Assembly: GCA_003598025.1 (NCBI GenBank)
Contig: QZKH01000005.1
Location: 4,682 to 68,681 of the forward strand
Direction: 5' to 3'
DNA from: Candidatus Omnitrophota bacterium
GTDB taxonomy: Bacteria > Omnitrophota > Gorgyraeia > Gygaellales > Profunditerraquicolaceae
DNA: 64,000 bases
Below, one piece after another: positions 1 to 15,000 of the stretch (the first letter of the stretch is position 1; every line of letters begins with the position of its first letter). A program made the translations under genes and the position numbers. Below the pieces are notes generated by a model that ran no database searches, had not been told where the DNA came from, and worked only from the letters and a program-made list of their open reading frames with translations.

Positions 1-3000
1 GTCCAGCCAGAGCAAAAGCCACAAGGAAAAGTTTTTATTTGGCCGCAAAAGAAAGCGTTTTCCATATACGCTTTAAGTATTTTTGGCATATCAACCCGTT
101 TATTAATTATCGGTGTTACTTTTTCCAGCATGCCTTTTATTGCTCTATTGGCTTCAGTAAGCTTGATACTCAATACTATATATTATGTACGTTTAATCCG
201 TATTTATAACAAAGAATATACAAATTTAAATAGAAATTCCAGTAGCGATAGCGGGAAATCTTCTAGCCCTATATCTAATTCGCCATTCGAGAATAATAGT
301 CCATCGCTGCCGCCATTGGGAGGGCCTATTTTGAGCCATGATATGAGCGAGTATTGGATCCTTGATAAGGAGAAGACAGAAAAAGATTTTATTGTTTTGG
401 GGTTTGGTTTGAAAAAAGGAGTGTTAAATTTAGGTAACGCCGAAGTTATTATTACGCCATGGGCAGTAAGCATGAACTCCTGTTCGCTATATTCAGTTTA
501 CCGAAGCCAGAAACTTGCTCAAGAGATAGTCGTTCGTGCATATCAAGGAGCCTTACATATTGCGCGTAGGCTATGGTTGGACCCACCGCTTGTACATCGT
601 TTCTTCGGGCTTTCTTATACAGAATACATTAGGTTTCAAAATGACGAAGGTGCAGTTGAACCTGAATGGGCAGAATATCCTACTTATCCAATATTTAAGC
701 ACATAGGGTTATCCTATGGGCAAGATTTCCACGAGATATACGGTAACGCTGATATTATTAATCTTGATACTATTTTTGAGCAAAAGATTGGATTCTATCA
801 TCAGGGCGGGAATATGTATATGCGCACAGATGAATTTGAGCGCGTAGTTGAAGCATCTTGGAGGCAATGGTTTTATATCGATAGGGCTCATGCTGTGTAT
901 GGTAATAAGGTTGACCAGTATCCCTATCTTTCTACTTGGCCGGCACCTATACTGTTAATAAACGCAAGAGAAAAGGCAAAAGACCATAGAAACCATTTCT
1001 TAAAAGATAACGAGGATGATTTTATGCGGTTGCTTCCTGGTTCAGTTGATTTTAGTTCTATCTCCTCAGATATTCTGCATAGTCATTTAATGAGAGAAGA
1101 GTGGAAGATTGAAAAACATGCAATCTCGGAAGAGAGGAGGATATCGGCAGAAGGAGATTTCTATTATGGCGTTATATATATTGGCTCTATAAGTATGGTT
1201 ATTACTGATAAAGCAGTAGAATTTTATGTTTGTTCTGATATACATAGAGGGACTAATGCGGTAGGCGCGGGCAGAGAGATGATCACGCGGGCTTTCATTA
1301 CAAGTTATTTTATTGGTAAATACTTAGGTTTGAATCCAAAATGGGCGGTTGCCTATTATACTGTAGGCGAGAATGATGAGCGCGAGGAAGATAAGAATCC
1401 AGAATATCTCAACAGGCTTATTCGGCCTTGGTATGAGTTATTTTCCGAGCTCGGTTTTATGGTAAAAAACTTAAATGATAATTTAGCCAGAAGCTTTTTT
1501 GGAGATTCTGTAAGAAGGGGTCAATATTGGTATCGCGGCCTGGAAGATTTTATATACGATGCAGCAAACAATTGGATAGTTTGGTTTTATACAAACAAAA
1601 TAAGAGCTTTTGAGAGAAAGACCGGAAGTACTTCTATCAGCCATGATACGACGATGTCTGATTCTGATGTTGCTACTATTAGGAATGAGCTGGATGAGAA
1701 TTTAAGAAGAGTGTTGCGTAGGTTAAATTTTGTCGAAGCAAATACTGTATCGTTGTTCTCAAGTGGGAGTTCTCCCTGTGTTTCTAATCATCCTGAGCGA
1801 AGTGGAGGATCTATTCATCGTCGAAATTATTCGGCCTTCGGTATTAGAATGATATTAAATTCGGAGCTTCGCAGTAATTCTGTTATAAATATAAGACCAT
1901 TGCTTAATCCACAGGGTAGTTCACCTTCCGTGCCCCGTTGCAAGATATTTTGTATTCGGTTATATTCTACCTTCCGTGGCTGGTGGAGAATATTTCCAAT
2001 TTTGCAACGGGGCGTGATTGGTGGGGAGCATTTACTCTCTTTACAGAGAGGGCGTTTCGGTACGCAAGTATGGCTGCCCGCCTACCGGGCAGGCAGGCCT
2101 GCCTGCCGGACCATCGGCTTCGCCGAGAGGCGAGTAGGTAGGGTGGAGGACAATTGCGAGTTCTCAGCGGGTTCATCAATTTCATCATCGCCAATATCCG
2201 GATTAAGAATGCATGTATGGTTGGAGTGGCGTGCTTTCCTTGCCGGACTCCCTAAAGTTAAGCTAATCAGTAATGACCCCGTGTCTATGGAAATTGCCTT
2301 ACGCAGGTTAAATCACGGAGAGTACCCTGATCCATGCGGAATTGTTACTACATTCTCAAATCATCTTAAAATAGCAGCTTTAAAGTTAGCAGCGATAGAT
2401 AGTGATGAATCAAGAGATATATTAAGAGACCTTCAGGAGAGCATTGATTTCTTTAACATTATTTCAGATACAGCTGCGGATATAAAAAACATAAGCGCAA
2501 GGTTTATACATTACCGCCGTTATTCGCGCAGGTATTTACCACAGTTATGGAATGAGCAGGCAAGATTAATTCGGAATTTAATCAAATGTACTCTAGCCTA
2601 TCTTGAGAATAATAGAGAATTAACCATGCAGGTTTTTAATTTAACCGGTTTTTCTAATGAGATTCCGGTATTAGAAAGGGCGTTGTTGTACTTTCAGGAT
2701 ACCTTAGCACTGGCCCAAGGCCAGGCAATGCCGATAGAATGTAACGTGGAAGGCTTAAAGGCACAATTTAAAGACTTAGTTTCGGAGTATTCAGGTAGAT
2801 GTGATAAGTTGAAGCTGAGATTTAGGACTTACCATGGTGCGCGCCCTTTATTCATAAACGTCCCGAGAGTAATAGCTGTTGTTGCTAACTTGATTGAAAA
2901 TGCGCTGGATGCAAGAGTTGAGGGAAGGCCGTCTAAAATAGGGATCACTGTTAGTATGGATTATAAAAATGGCATTATAAGAATCGCCTGTAAGGATAAC

Positions 3001-6000
3001 GGCAACGGGATGGATAAATATGCCCTTACCCGGGCAAAGCACAGGGATTTTACCACTAAGGCCGAAGGCACAGGCTTAGGCCTAGCTGAGGCTCTGAATG
3101 TAACAGAAAAAGCACATAACGGCAAGCTTATTATCAGGTCGTTATTCGGAAGGTGGACGAAGGTAATATTAGTTTTGCGTTCATCAGATCCACTTGATTC
3201 TATATTACATTCTTCGGATGATGAATTTTCTAATGACTATGAGTTAGGGGAAGCTTCTTCGCCGATATCCTATATGGATAGAGAGCAGAAGGCAGGGATG
3301 CAGAAAGAAATTAATGATACCGGTGAGAGAATAAGCGTAATTCTAAAAGCCATTGGTATCAATAAGGTGTTATTAACGCTTCAAAGCGAGTTTGAGCATT
3401 GGAGGATAATTGGCTGGCTGCATGATTTAGGACTAATGCATACAGATGAGGTTATAAATCTGGCAACGATAGATTATCATTCCGATACTTACGATGGCCT
3501 TGATTTAGCATCAGGAAATTGGGTAAGGTTTTTAATAACCAGGTATCATCCTAATATAAGATTATTTTGGTTGAGAGATAAATTTCACAGCGAAGGAAGA
3601 GAGTCTGATAGTTTCTTCTCTAAAGTTTGGGCGTTGCCATCTGAATGGGAATATGGTTGGGAGGGTTATGTGACCCTTGATCTGGATTATTTTATGCCAG
3701 TGGCTGCTATTTCTGAGGAGGCATTAAAGGCAGAAGTAAATAATCTTGTGGATGCCTGGGTAAATAATCGGATAAGAATTATTGGCTTGCATATAGATAG
3801 AGGCGAAATAAGGCTGGAGCATACTCTATCGGCCTTAATATTTTTGGCAGAGGCGATTGAAAGAAATGCTAAAGAATTATCTCTGGCACATACAGTTTCT
3901 TCCCCTGTAACTATACTTGCCTCAAGCAAGACAGCCAAAGATTATTTATTTACTTCTCCCGGGCAATTCGGCAACTTAACCCAGGAATTAGTAAGGAACC
4001 AGGGCCTTCATGGCGGTAAGGGGAATATCTTCTCTAATCATAGAGGAGTAACTCCTCCGGGTACAAAAGTAGTAGATTATAATGGCCGGTCATTCCAGAT
4101 TGACGGCGTAAATCTTTACAGGACACCCCGTATAATACCCCCTACTTCAAATAAGAGCGATTCCAAGCTTTCCTTAGAGCGCTTTCTTGAGTTGATTACT
4201 TATAGCCCGTATCAATTATACGTCTGGGTGCATAATAAACCGCGAATGGCAGTTGCTCAGTGTTTGACCGATAAGACTATCCTTGAATTATCCGAAGGTT
4301 CAGTTGCTATGCAGCAGGCAACCGGTTCAACCAATGAAGAGATAAAGATATTATTAGGTAAGATAGGGTTTCAGGCAGATATAGATTGGTGGGATTTCCT
4401 TGATGATTATGTTTTCTGGGTTAAATTCGGCAAGCGCCTGTTAGCAGAGAGAAGAGAAGCTTCTTATTACAGGATACACCGTTCAGCAGTTATTGACCCT
4501 CTTGGTTTTGACCCTGCCACTATCATTGCCCCAAGGCTTGACGTAGAGATAGATAAATATCTTAACGCAGGGTTTAATCTTGAGATGGCAGCAGCAATGG
4601 CCGGCTATGAAGCAGTCCAGGTATTCTCTAAGGAACTCAGCGAGCGCCTAGGCCCGGATAAGACCGCAGTCATTGTGCTCAATGAAGGGATCGGTATGGA
4701 AGGCCATGTCGGTTTTAGCCACAGCGTATTAGTATTTGTTTATACGGATCCGGCTGCCGCTGAGATATTCCTTAATGCAATTCGTAAAAATACAAGGATA
4801 GACAGGGACCGCATATTCCGGTTTGGCCTGCGCTTATACGGACTTATCTTGCGTTACAACCGAATCCTTGATGCATGGTTTAGTTTATATGGCAAGAATA
4901 TGCATAGCCAGCTTCTACGTCCTGATTTCATGGCGCCGATAATGTTTGCTACCGCAATAAATAACTTCTGGGACTTCCTTAAAGACGGTGAAAAAGATAT
5001 CAACCCTTCAATCAAAATTCTCATTGAAGAATATTCACTTTTCAGATTTGATGATTTCTTGCGTTTCTGCGCTAACCCTACATATAAGGCAAGGGCAAGG
5101 ATAGAAGAAGCCTTTGGTTCTTGGGATGCATTTTATGAAGAGCTAATGCGTGTAATTGAAATACTTGAGCGTGTTCCTGAATTCGGTCCTACTCAAGGGC
5201 CTTTAAGCGCCCTGTCCCGCGGAAGAGGTAAAGTTATCCTTGTTGCCAACGGGCCGCACAAATACAGAGTTGCAATCAATTCCATGTTCGCAGAATCAAG
5301 CGCAGAGCATCCTTCAGGTACGAGCGGGCAGGTTGGCGATCGCGTGGTTATAATCACCGAAGATATACTTGAGACTCTGGCCAAGAATGACCTTCCACTT
5401 TACAGAGAGTCTATGCCTTATATATGGCACCTTGATTTTGATTTCCCGAAAGAGTTAGATCCTGATTTGGCGGTGGCTCAGTGGAAAGCTGCCGGTTACC
5501 ATGAGAAGATATATGAGCAGGCCCCGCTTAAGGAGGCGAGAACAAGTAAAACAATAGCCATACCGAATCCCTCAGAGATAGCAGCTTTTGGGCATAGCTC
5601 ATCAAGTCCTATTGAATCCAATGCCCTTATTTTTGACATTATTGAATTAATAGAAGATGCTGAATCGGAATCAGCTACTAAGTATGATTGGGCAGGCAGG
5701 CTTTATGAAGAATATAAATCAAGAAGCCAAGAACCCGGGTTTGATGTTGCATTCAAGGAAGCCATGCATATCCTTTTATTCCATAAGAGCAGTGATGTGC
5801 GTATGGGTGTTGCTTGGATTATTTCGCACGATGAATTTCTAGGCCCTGTACCTCATCCTTCTGTAAGCGGTTATTCTGATAGATCTGTAATCAACGTTAT
5901 GATGCATTGCCCTTCAACGGAGACGCCGCGTATGATTGTTGATTTCTTTAATAGCGTAGACTCGAATGAAAAAAGAGATTGGATTGTTGACCAGCTGATA

Positions 6001-9000
6001 AGCGCAACAAGCATAAGCCAGAACGACGGGGTAAGAGAAAGGATCCTTGATACGATAATAAATATATTTGAATTCAAATTATATCCTTTAAATACATCTG
6101 TGCATGATGGCCATCTTTATGAGGCTTTAAGCGCGGGGCGCTTTCATCCTCAAGAAGAAGGGAAAGTCGCAGTTACAAAATATGACCCATTTAATATAGA
6201 ATTAAGGCATAAGGTAATAAATGGTTATACCCCAAGGGTCTATGTAAATGCGCTTACTGCAAATGGAGCAAAAGTGAGGCTTCCAAAGAATGCCGCTGTT
6301 GTCCAGGAGGGCAAGACAAAAGTTTATTCTTGGAAAATAGATACTTACCGATTTGAAGATTATATAGACGTTGAATTAATCCTGCTTGATTCTTCCGGTA
6401 AATTCAGGCTGATAATAGAAAACAGGCACTTTTTTTATATTGATAAGATACCTCCTGTTAGTATACCTGAACAGAAGGTCGATTATGCGCCATTCTCTCA
6501 ATTGACCGGTAAAAATGTGCTCGTATGCAGCATGGAGGCGACTTTACTTATGCATTGGCTTTATGGTGCCATGGGTGGAGGCTTGGGTGTATTAATGGGG
6601 AGTTTTTTAAGGGCTCTGCGTTATTGCGGAGCCACATTTTATTTTCCTTTGCTTGTTTATCGTGTCGGGCCGCAACAGGAAATAGCTTCAGGTAAGGCAA
6701 CAATGAATCCAAAATCAAAGTTAGATTATTCTGTAATACTGAATGGCTTTGAAGATGATTTAGAGAAATGGGAAAGAATTGATTCTAAGGAAATATCGCT
6801 TAATCTACAAGGCAGAGCTTTCAAGACAAATGTAATATTAATGCGCCTGACAGTTAAGGAGATAGAAGTTGTTTCATATGTTCCTTTTATAGAGATACCT
6901 GATGGCATTGCTGATCGTTTATATCCGGGAGATTCAGCCTCTTTGGAAAGATTCATACAGGCATCTTTCTATTCAAGAGCGGTATTGAAGACAATGGAGG
7001 CGTTTGATATCACCCCGGATATTATTCAGGTACATGAATCTTTTCCAGCCGTATCTTTAGTGCCTGATCTCTTCTATAATCCAGAGTTTAATGCTGACCA
7101 GCGTTTTGAAAGAGGCAGGCAAAATCTGGTAGGATTTGCACATACAGTAGTCCCGCAAGCTTTTCCGTTCTATGAGCCGTATTTCATAGATATGGTTCTG
7201 GGTATGAATGTAGATCAGTATGAAGGTTTACTGACGGATAGGCTAGTAGACGGTAGGCCGCGCAGGTCTTATGATTCATTTTATGCGCTAAGCTTAAAAG
7301 CTAAATGCGTCGGGACTGTAGGGCTTGAACACCGTGGAGTTATGGCTAATACTTTTCCTGAATTTAAGAAGAAATATTTCGCAATAGAGGATTCAATATG
7401 GCCATTTTTCTGGATGTTAAAAGCACAGATCGCAGATGGCGGACAAGTCTTGCCTCAGAGTGTGCTTTGGGAGCAAAAAGAGGCAGCTGAAGCAGAGATG
7501 GTAGAATATATAAAGTTTATCTTTGGAATTGAATTAGAGGCTGGTAGGCCTACTATAGTACAAGCCAGAAGGTTTGCAGATTTTAAGTGGAATACGTTTG
7601 TAACTGGTTTGCCTGGTTTCTCGGACTTAACAGGTATATATTATTTATGTGCTGATCCAGCAGAAGGAGGGTTAGGCTTTAATTTTATTGTTGGCGGCAA
7701 AGCGCATGAAAGAGACAAGCTTTGCCAGGACTGGATTGAAAGATTAAGGAATTTTGCTAAAGATGAAAGTCTTAAAGGCAGGTATGCATTTTTGAATTGG
7801 ACTACCGAAGACTCTCAGGTCGTGATAAGAGGAGCAAAAGCAAGCCTTCAAACTTCAATACCTCCTTATGAGGCAGCAGGCATGAAAGATAAGAAAGATT
7901 TAATTTGCGGGAACATTCCTGTATCAAGTTATACCGGAGGGCCTGTCCAGCAACTAACAAACATCATGTCGCATGGGTTAAGAGGCAACGGCTATCTATT
8001 TGAACCATTTTCTCCGGCAGAGTTGCAAAAAGCCTTAGAAGATCTTTCGGCACGTTTCTATGCGCATATTTTTAGCCAGAAAGGCTTATCTTTCGAAGAA
8101 ATACAGAATTTGCCTAATAAGAAATGGGTAGAGTTGGTTCTTAAATATATGCAGGAAAAGCCCGATGGCATTGTCGACATAATGCATAACGCAACCCGTA
8201 TGCTCCCTGTTGCTGATAGCCGTACTGCAGCAATGAAATTTGCTTTAGTTTATGCAAAGTTGCTCGGAGAGCAGCTTGATTATTCTCAATACCCGAGTTT
8301 TATGACCAGGATGCTTGATAGGTTTAATATGAGGATTGAGAATATCAATGGGGCTTCTTCGCCTTTAGAAGGAGATAGTAAATTTAATATCGATAGAGAG
8401 ATAATTAAGATTTGGAAAACTTTGAGGGGTGGGAAGATAGTTGAAGCAGGCAGGATGCTGGATGAGCTTAAAAGGAGAAATGATAGTTTTCATTTCTGGT
8501 TGATGACTGATTTTGAAAGGTTCGTTGAGCAGCCGCAAGGCGCGCATGAAGAAAATACAATAATTGCTACTCGTTTTACACGCGATGGAGCATGGTTACT
8601 TAATTCTATTATCGGGGTTATTGAAAAGATGCAGGAAGATTTAAGAATTCTTGTTTATCGTGATAATGTTGAATTATCCAGCCCGGGAAAGTTTGCAGCA
8701 TCTGAGATAATTTCAAATATGTGGAAATTTGCACACTCAGGAGTTTTTGTTGCTTACTATTTATTAGGCATGGACGGTAATATTTCAGGGTTAAGGCTTA
8801 TTGGCTTAGATAAAGGGCCCGGGATCAAAGACATAGAGTCTGCTTTAAGGTTAGGGTTCTCAACATACGGTTCGAATGGTAAGGGTTTGTATATTTTGAG
8901 TAATATCACAAGCGCACAATTTACTGATTTTAAGATTGAATCAGTTGCCGGAGAGGGTATCATGGTTTCAGTTGATATATCAGTACCCGGATCATCAAGC

Positions 9001-12000
9001 CCTGTTACCAGCTTAGGATCTCTGCCCAGACTAATAAAGTTGAATCCGGATATTTCGGCGAGCAGGTTGTTTGTTGATGTCCACAGATTAAGCCGTATAG
9101 GTTTGATGGGATATGCTTTGATACGCGCTCCTCCGGCAGCAATCTATTTTGTTCCCGCATTATTGAGCCAACCGCAAGCACGTAATATTAGCATCTCCTC
9201 CAGCCCATTAACTAGCAGGGACGGTTCTCAAACTAAAGCAGAAGCGTCCCCTATAGAAAGGGACAGTTCTCTCATGATTTCAGAACCGTCCCTTCCTAGA
9301 AAGAGTTCCAGCCCGATAGACCCAGAGAGATTACCATCAATCACAGTTAATAGATTAATTTCACATGAGATAAACTCGGATATAACCGATTGGTTGAGGA
9401 ATATCTTCTCATCATACGGAATATTTATAAAATACGGAATATCATATCTTGAAATAGACAGAATTCACATAGTAGGTTTAAACCGAGAGCCCGGAAGGGA
9501 GATTCTCCTGGTTGATCTTTTCACCGGGGAGCGCATTCTCCGTTTCCATGTTGTTTTCTATAAATCAGGGTATAACCTTGATTATGGTATTGATGACGGG
9601 TTTGAGAGGATAAGCACCAGGCTTATAGATATGCACAGAAATTTTAAGTTGATGAAATATTCCGAAGAATTAGCCGTATCGGGCATAGATACAGCCGAAA
9701 TCGTCAGATTGAATAATGAAGCATTCAGGGAGTGGATTGCCGGGCAAGAGTTTACATATTTCAACGGAGGCGGAGATGCTGCAGTCTATATAAATGATGA
9801 ACGCACTTTAGTGGTAAAAAATGTGCATGATTATAATAAGGAATTACTCAATATGCCTGCGCCTTTTAAGGGATACCTTCTTGCAGCAGAAAGATTAGGC
9901 CATTTAGTCGTGCGCTATGTGACACTGGAAGATTTGGTTGTTAAGGTCAGGAATAAAGACGGAGTGGTTGAAGAGAAACTGTTTAAGAAAGCAGTAATAC
10001 AAAAATTCGTTTACGTGTTTTTCAAAGAAGGAGTCTTTGATTCTTCTTTAGGCAAAAGAAGGTGTGAAGGTATATTGGCCGATACTATTGGGCAGGGCGA
10101 TATGCAAACAGCGAAAATGCTGATTGATGAATTCTTATCCAGTATAAGGGCGATTATGGCAAGAGGAATCGCTGACTGGGACATTAAAGCCGAGAATTAC
10201 GGATATGACCCTTCCGTGGGTTATGTCTGTTCTCTGGATATGGGTAAATTTATTGAAGCTTATAACCTGGATTTTCGTATGGCCAGAGTTTTTATAAGAA
10301 ACCTTCAGAGGACAAGAAATGAGATATATTCCTGGACTAAGGATGTTTTAGGGGAGAGAGAGGCAGTTGAGTTGCGCGATCATTTTACGGAAAGGGCAAA
10401 GGAAGTTTTTAGAGTCAGAAGCGATTTTACCTTTGACATAACAAGAAGTGTCGATGATCTTGAAGCAGAGAGCGAGTTGGAAGAAGATATTAAAGATATG
10501 TCTGATTACGAATTGAAAGAATGCCTTCCGGTCTGTTATACCGGTTTACCTGATATAAGAAGGATTGCCGTAAGAAATATCGCCGGGTACTTAAGGGGGT
10601 TAGGCAGGGCTCATAGAGGGTTAGCATTTGTATTAGCAAAGATTGGCTTTAACGAGAACGCAGCTACGTATGCAATGTTTCAGAATCTGGAGGTAAGATT
10701 TGTAGATTCTAAGATCCTGTATTTGCCAATTTATGACAATGATACTTATTGCGGTGTAAAGTTAAGAATGCTTGATAATGTTGCAACCGTTGAGGATATA
10801 CATGAGAGAAGGATTTGGGATAGGCTCAATGTAAGGCGGTATACAGAGGTGCTTAAAGAGGCAGTTAAGACGATAATAAGGTTTTATTATCCACAACAGG
10901 TCGTTTATAACACATTAGCAAGCGAATTCAGTCTTAAGATGGTAGACGTAGCTGACAGGCTTGATACGGCAAATCAGCTTGGCCGGATTAGCGGCGAGCT
11001 GGTGAATACTGAGCGCAGAAAAATATTGCTTAGTAATCTGTTTGGTATAACTGATACAAGTAATTTGGGCCCAAGGGTAAGATTAGCTTTTGATAACTTG
11101 AGGGAGAGAAGAAGGTACCCCTTTGATGTAGAATTACGGGATATATATGTCCGGGAAGAGGCAGGCAGAGTGCATACAGAACTCGTTGCTTTTGGTATGA
11201 CTACCAGAAAATGCCTTGAAATAGAGATGTTTTCTGACCTTATTAACCGCCTGAAAATACCAGAGAATATAGTTTTCCTTGCCATTGAGGAAGAATTAGG
11301 CCAGAGGGGAGGAGCAATATTCCTTGAGAAAGTTTATTTCCAGGGTACCCACGATGATCCTATTGTTCAGTCTGTATCAAGGCAGTTAAATTCTCTGTAT
11401 TCAAGGCAAAGAATGGGTATAGTTTCAGCGCTATTAGTAAAAATGGGATTAATTCCAGCTGAGCCAGTGGAGGTAACCAAGGCCAAAAGGCTGCAAAGAG
11501 AAAGATTAGCTGGTTTGCTTGAGCATTTAAAGAAGGTTAACGGAGGTAAAAATGGGAATGGTAAAACTTCGTCAAGCCCGATAAATAGTGTTATAAATAT
11601 TTTAGTTGTCAGGAAAGCGTTTTCTAAGTTGTTTGTATTATGGCCGTTGCGTGTAATTAAAGGATTTTTGTCTACCTTCTCCTCCTTCGCCCAGCATTTA
11701 TCATGCAGTGCTCCGGAGGACAAGATTACAGGTGCGCCTGAGTGCCGAAACAAAATGTTCTACCTTCCGTGGCTGGTGGGGAGCATTTACCTTCTTTTAC
11801 AAGAAGGTGTTTCGGCGCTCAGGCGTGGCTGCCTGCCTACCCGACCATCGGCTTCGCCTAGAGGCGAGCAGGCAGGGTGGGAGCGAAAACCTCGTGCAAC
11901 CGCGATATTTGCAACCACAATAGGCAGCCTCATAGCTGAAAAAGCAGGAGTTTCTCTTGATGCGCAATATATAGGTAAAGGATTATGGTTGCCTGTAGTG

Positions 12001-15000
12001 TTAGAGCGCATGATAGAGGGTCATAACATATTAAATGGTTGTAGATGTCCTTTATGCACTTCAAGCTCTAGCCCGATAAACTCCAGTATCAGGCTTGATG
12101 ATACCACAAAAGGGAAAATCTGCCGCCTTATGCGCCTTTATAAACAGAGTAAGATCACTATTCAAGAATTATCATTCGGGTTAAACAGGCTCACAGATAT
12201 AAGGAGGTTAACGGCTTATTTCTTAAGCGGGATACAACTGGCAAACCAGCTTGGTGATTGGCGCTCAAGAGATACAATGGAGCAAGTTATCTTTATGACT
12301 AACATACAGGCCGGTGTTGGTAAAGGAGTGCATTATTTCGTAAGGCTTTTACATTCCGAATATAAAGAGGATATCGCATCAGCCCGCCGGGTATTTAAAA
12401 AATGGATGAAGCAAGGGGGCTGGATTACTACAGAGGCTGTAAGGGCATTGACCGATAAAGGAACCCGCGACAGCCACGAGCATACAAGGGATGCTTGTTT
12501 TAGGCTTTTAGTCGAACTGGTCAAAGATGATGCTGGCGCATACGGCCTTATCAGCGCTTATGGCGATTATTTGCACTATGAAACAATGAGGCTAAATAGC
12601 GAGCAGGATAGAATAAAGTTTATACTTGATGCGATTATTGCGGTAGAAAAAGAAGGCATTAGGAACATACTTGAAGAAATTGGAAAAGGGCAGGTTTTAC
12701 TGGATGCTTTAAAGGAATATAAAACAAAGAGTGGCGGTGTTGAGTCAATATCTTCTCCTGTGCCGCAGAAAGAAGCTGCCGGTTCCTATCCAAGAGTAGC
12801 TATTTGGGATATGGATGAGACTCTGGGTTATTATGATTCTGCAATTAACGATGTTGTATTAAGAAGGGATATTTTTCTTGCGCTGGGCTGGTTAGGAAAA
12901 ACAGGTGTAATGAATGTGCTTGCTACATCTGCGCCGGAGAAACACATGAATAGGTTTTTAGACAAAAGCGGGTTAAGGGGCTCTTTTAGCTTGCTTTATT
13001 CCAGGAAAAAAATTATGCCGTTTAAAGGGGTTAAATATTACTCCGAAATATTCACAGAGTGTGGTTATCCCGGCATAGAGTCATCTGATCAAGTAAAGAG
13101 GGAAGCAGCCAGAAGGTCTATCGTTATAGGAGATAACCCGGGATTGGATATCGGATGTGATGTTATCGTAGATGACTTGGGTCCTGTTTTTATTCATCTT
13201 GATGCGCTTAGTAAGACCGTTCCATTGATGCAGGCTTTTGGGACAGATTTAATCAGCGTTTGTGATGTGCTCTTAAGGGAAGGTCGTGGATTTTTCGCAG
13301 ATGGGTTCAACAGTATTTTAAGGAAAGTCTTGAGTGAGCATTATTGGACTTGGAGGGTTTTCCATAATCCTACTTATACTACTGATCATGTCCAATTTAA
13401 GCTTAGCTACGAAAAATTAGAAGGCGATCACATTCCGGTTATCTCTGCAATTAATAGAATAGGGCATGAGAATAATACGGACCAGGCCAGCAATAATAGC
13501 TCAAGCCCGGTTTCCGATGGGCATCCACAGGAATATGTTATAAATCTCTGGGAGCGTTTATTGGATACGGACAAATCTAAACGAATGACAAAGCCAGAAG
13601 CCATGTCTGAATTAATAAGGCTGATCAAGAAAGATTTTAATGTCAATATTGGAGAAGAAGGTGTTAGCTATGACTCCGAAGAGTCAAGACAGCGGATATT
13701 TACGGATATATACAAGGCTGATTTTCCTGAAGCAACCAGTGTTGCTTTTATGCCATATGCTATTCTCCTTGGCTATCTTGAGCAGCCTGAAAGATTACTG
13801 CTTAAATTCTTTGACAGCACGGTCGGAGCAAGACAGCCTTCAAGCATAAGCTTATTGGCAGAGCGTTCTATTAGTCAGATTGTCGGCAGTTCCGTCCATT
13901 TTCATAGCCATAAGTTATTATGGGAAGGAAGAGAGCCAGTTTATTCAAGAGCAGCCGCTAATATTACAAAAGAAGAAGATATCGAGCTTTCCTGCGATAA
14001 ACTAGCTATGCAGAAAATACATGGGGCAATCGAAATCATCAAAAGAAGAGTGGCGCATTTGGGAAAACAGAGTTATGAAGAAGCCTTATCAAATGCCTTA
14101 ACGCATATGACTATTATAATGCTTGGCGGGATAAGGCTTGTTTTCGTAGATTTTGACAACATGATCGTACGCCCTATACATGCCGGCAGGAGAAGGCAGG
14201 TGTTGTATTTACCTGAAGGGTTCTTATCAGATTTTGATTTAGATTCGGATGGTGATATGAATGAACTCGCAGAATATATTTTCCATACAATGCTCTGGTT
14301 GAATACTTACCGTAAGATAGCAGAAAAGAAGAGGCGTGGGAATATGAGGCTTGCGCTTAACAATATCGTAAGGACCTTTACGGAAGATGGAGGCTGGTTG
14401 GGGTTAGTCGAGGAAAGCCAGATAAAGAACAGATTATTATATCTGATGCGTGAGACTGCAGTTGATATATCCAGGGAGGTGGCTCATGCAATACATATTC
14501 ATGACGAATGCCTTACCAGGTTTGACCAGATGGTAAACAGCTTAGAGTTTGGTAAAAGGAGCGTATATGATAAAACTTTCAGAGAATTCGCTAATTCTTT
14601 AAGAAGAAGGTATGCGAGAGCCGGATTTTATTGTGAATTATTAGGCGCAGATAAAATTGCCGAGACTTGCTATGAGCGCATGAGGGAATCAGTAAGGCTG
14701 ATACAGCGCTTTGAGTTAGGTGTAAATCCGGTACAGTTACAATACAATTTGACTATGTTTTATCTTAAGAGGGGGATGTTTAGCGAATTCTTAAGGGAGC
14801 TTGATACATTGTTAACCGGGAAAGATTATCCGGAAGCTGATATTTCGGTGAACGTTTTTGATGCGGCCAGGCAGGTAGTCCTTGTTATGCCGCTTTTAGT
14901 ATCCGGAATGATTGAATTCCTTGAGAAAGAGATTGATTACACATTTACTTATTATAGATCTCAAGTTAAAACCAGCCAGGAGATCCAGCGGTTAAAAGAA

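Noticed and set aside
2130-2160. T-box-like agggtgg motif in the repeat element (also about 11874)
   Set aside because: It lacks the following ACC(G/A)CG and a terminator, and lies inside coding sequence
1938-11923. Similar peptides in track ORFs 1938..2141 and 11708..11923 (WWGAFT, ACLPDHRLR) suggesting a small gene family
   Set aside because: The similarity is explained by the shared DNA repeat element lying inside the giant ORF
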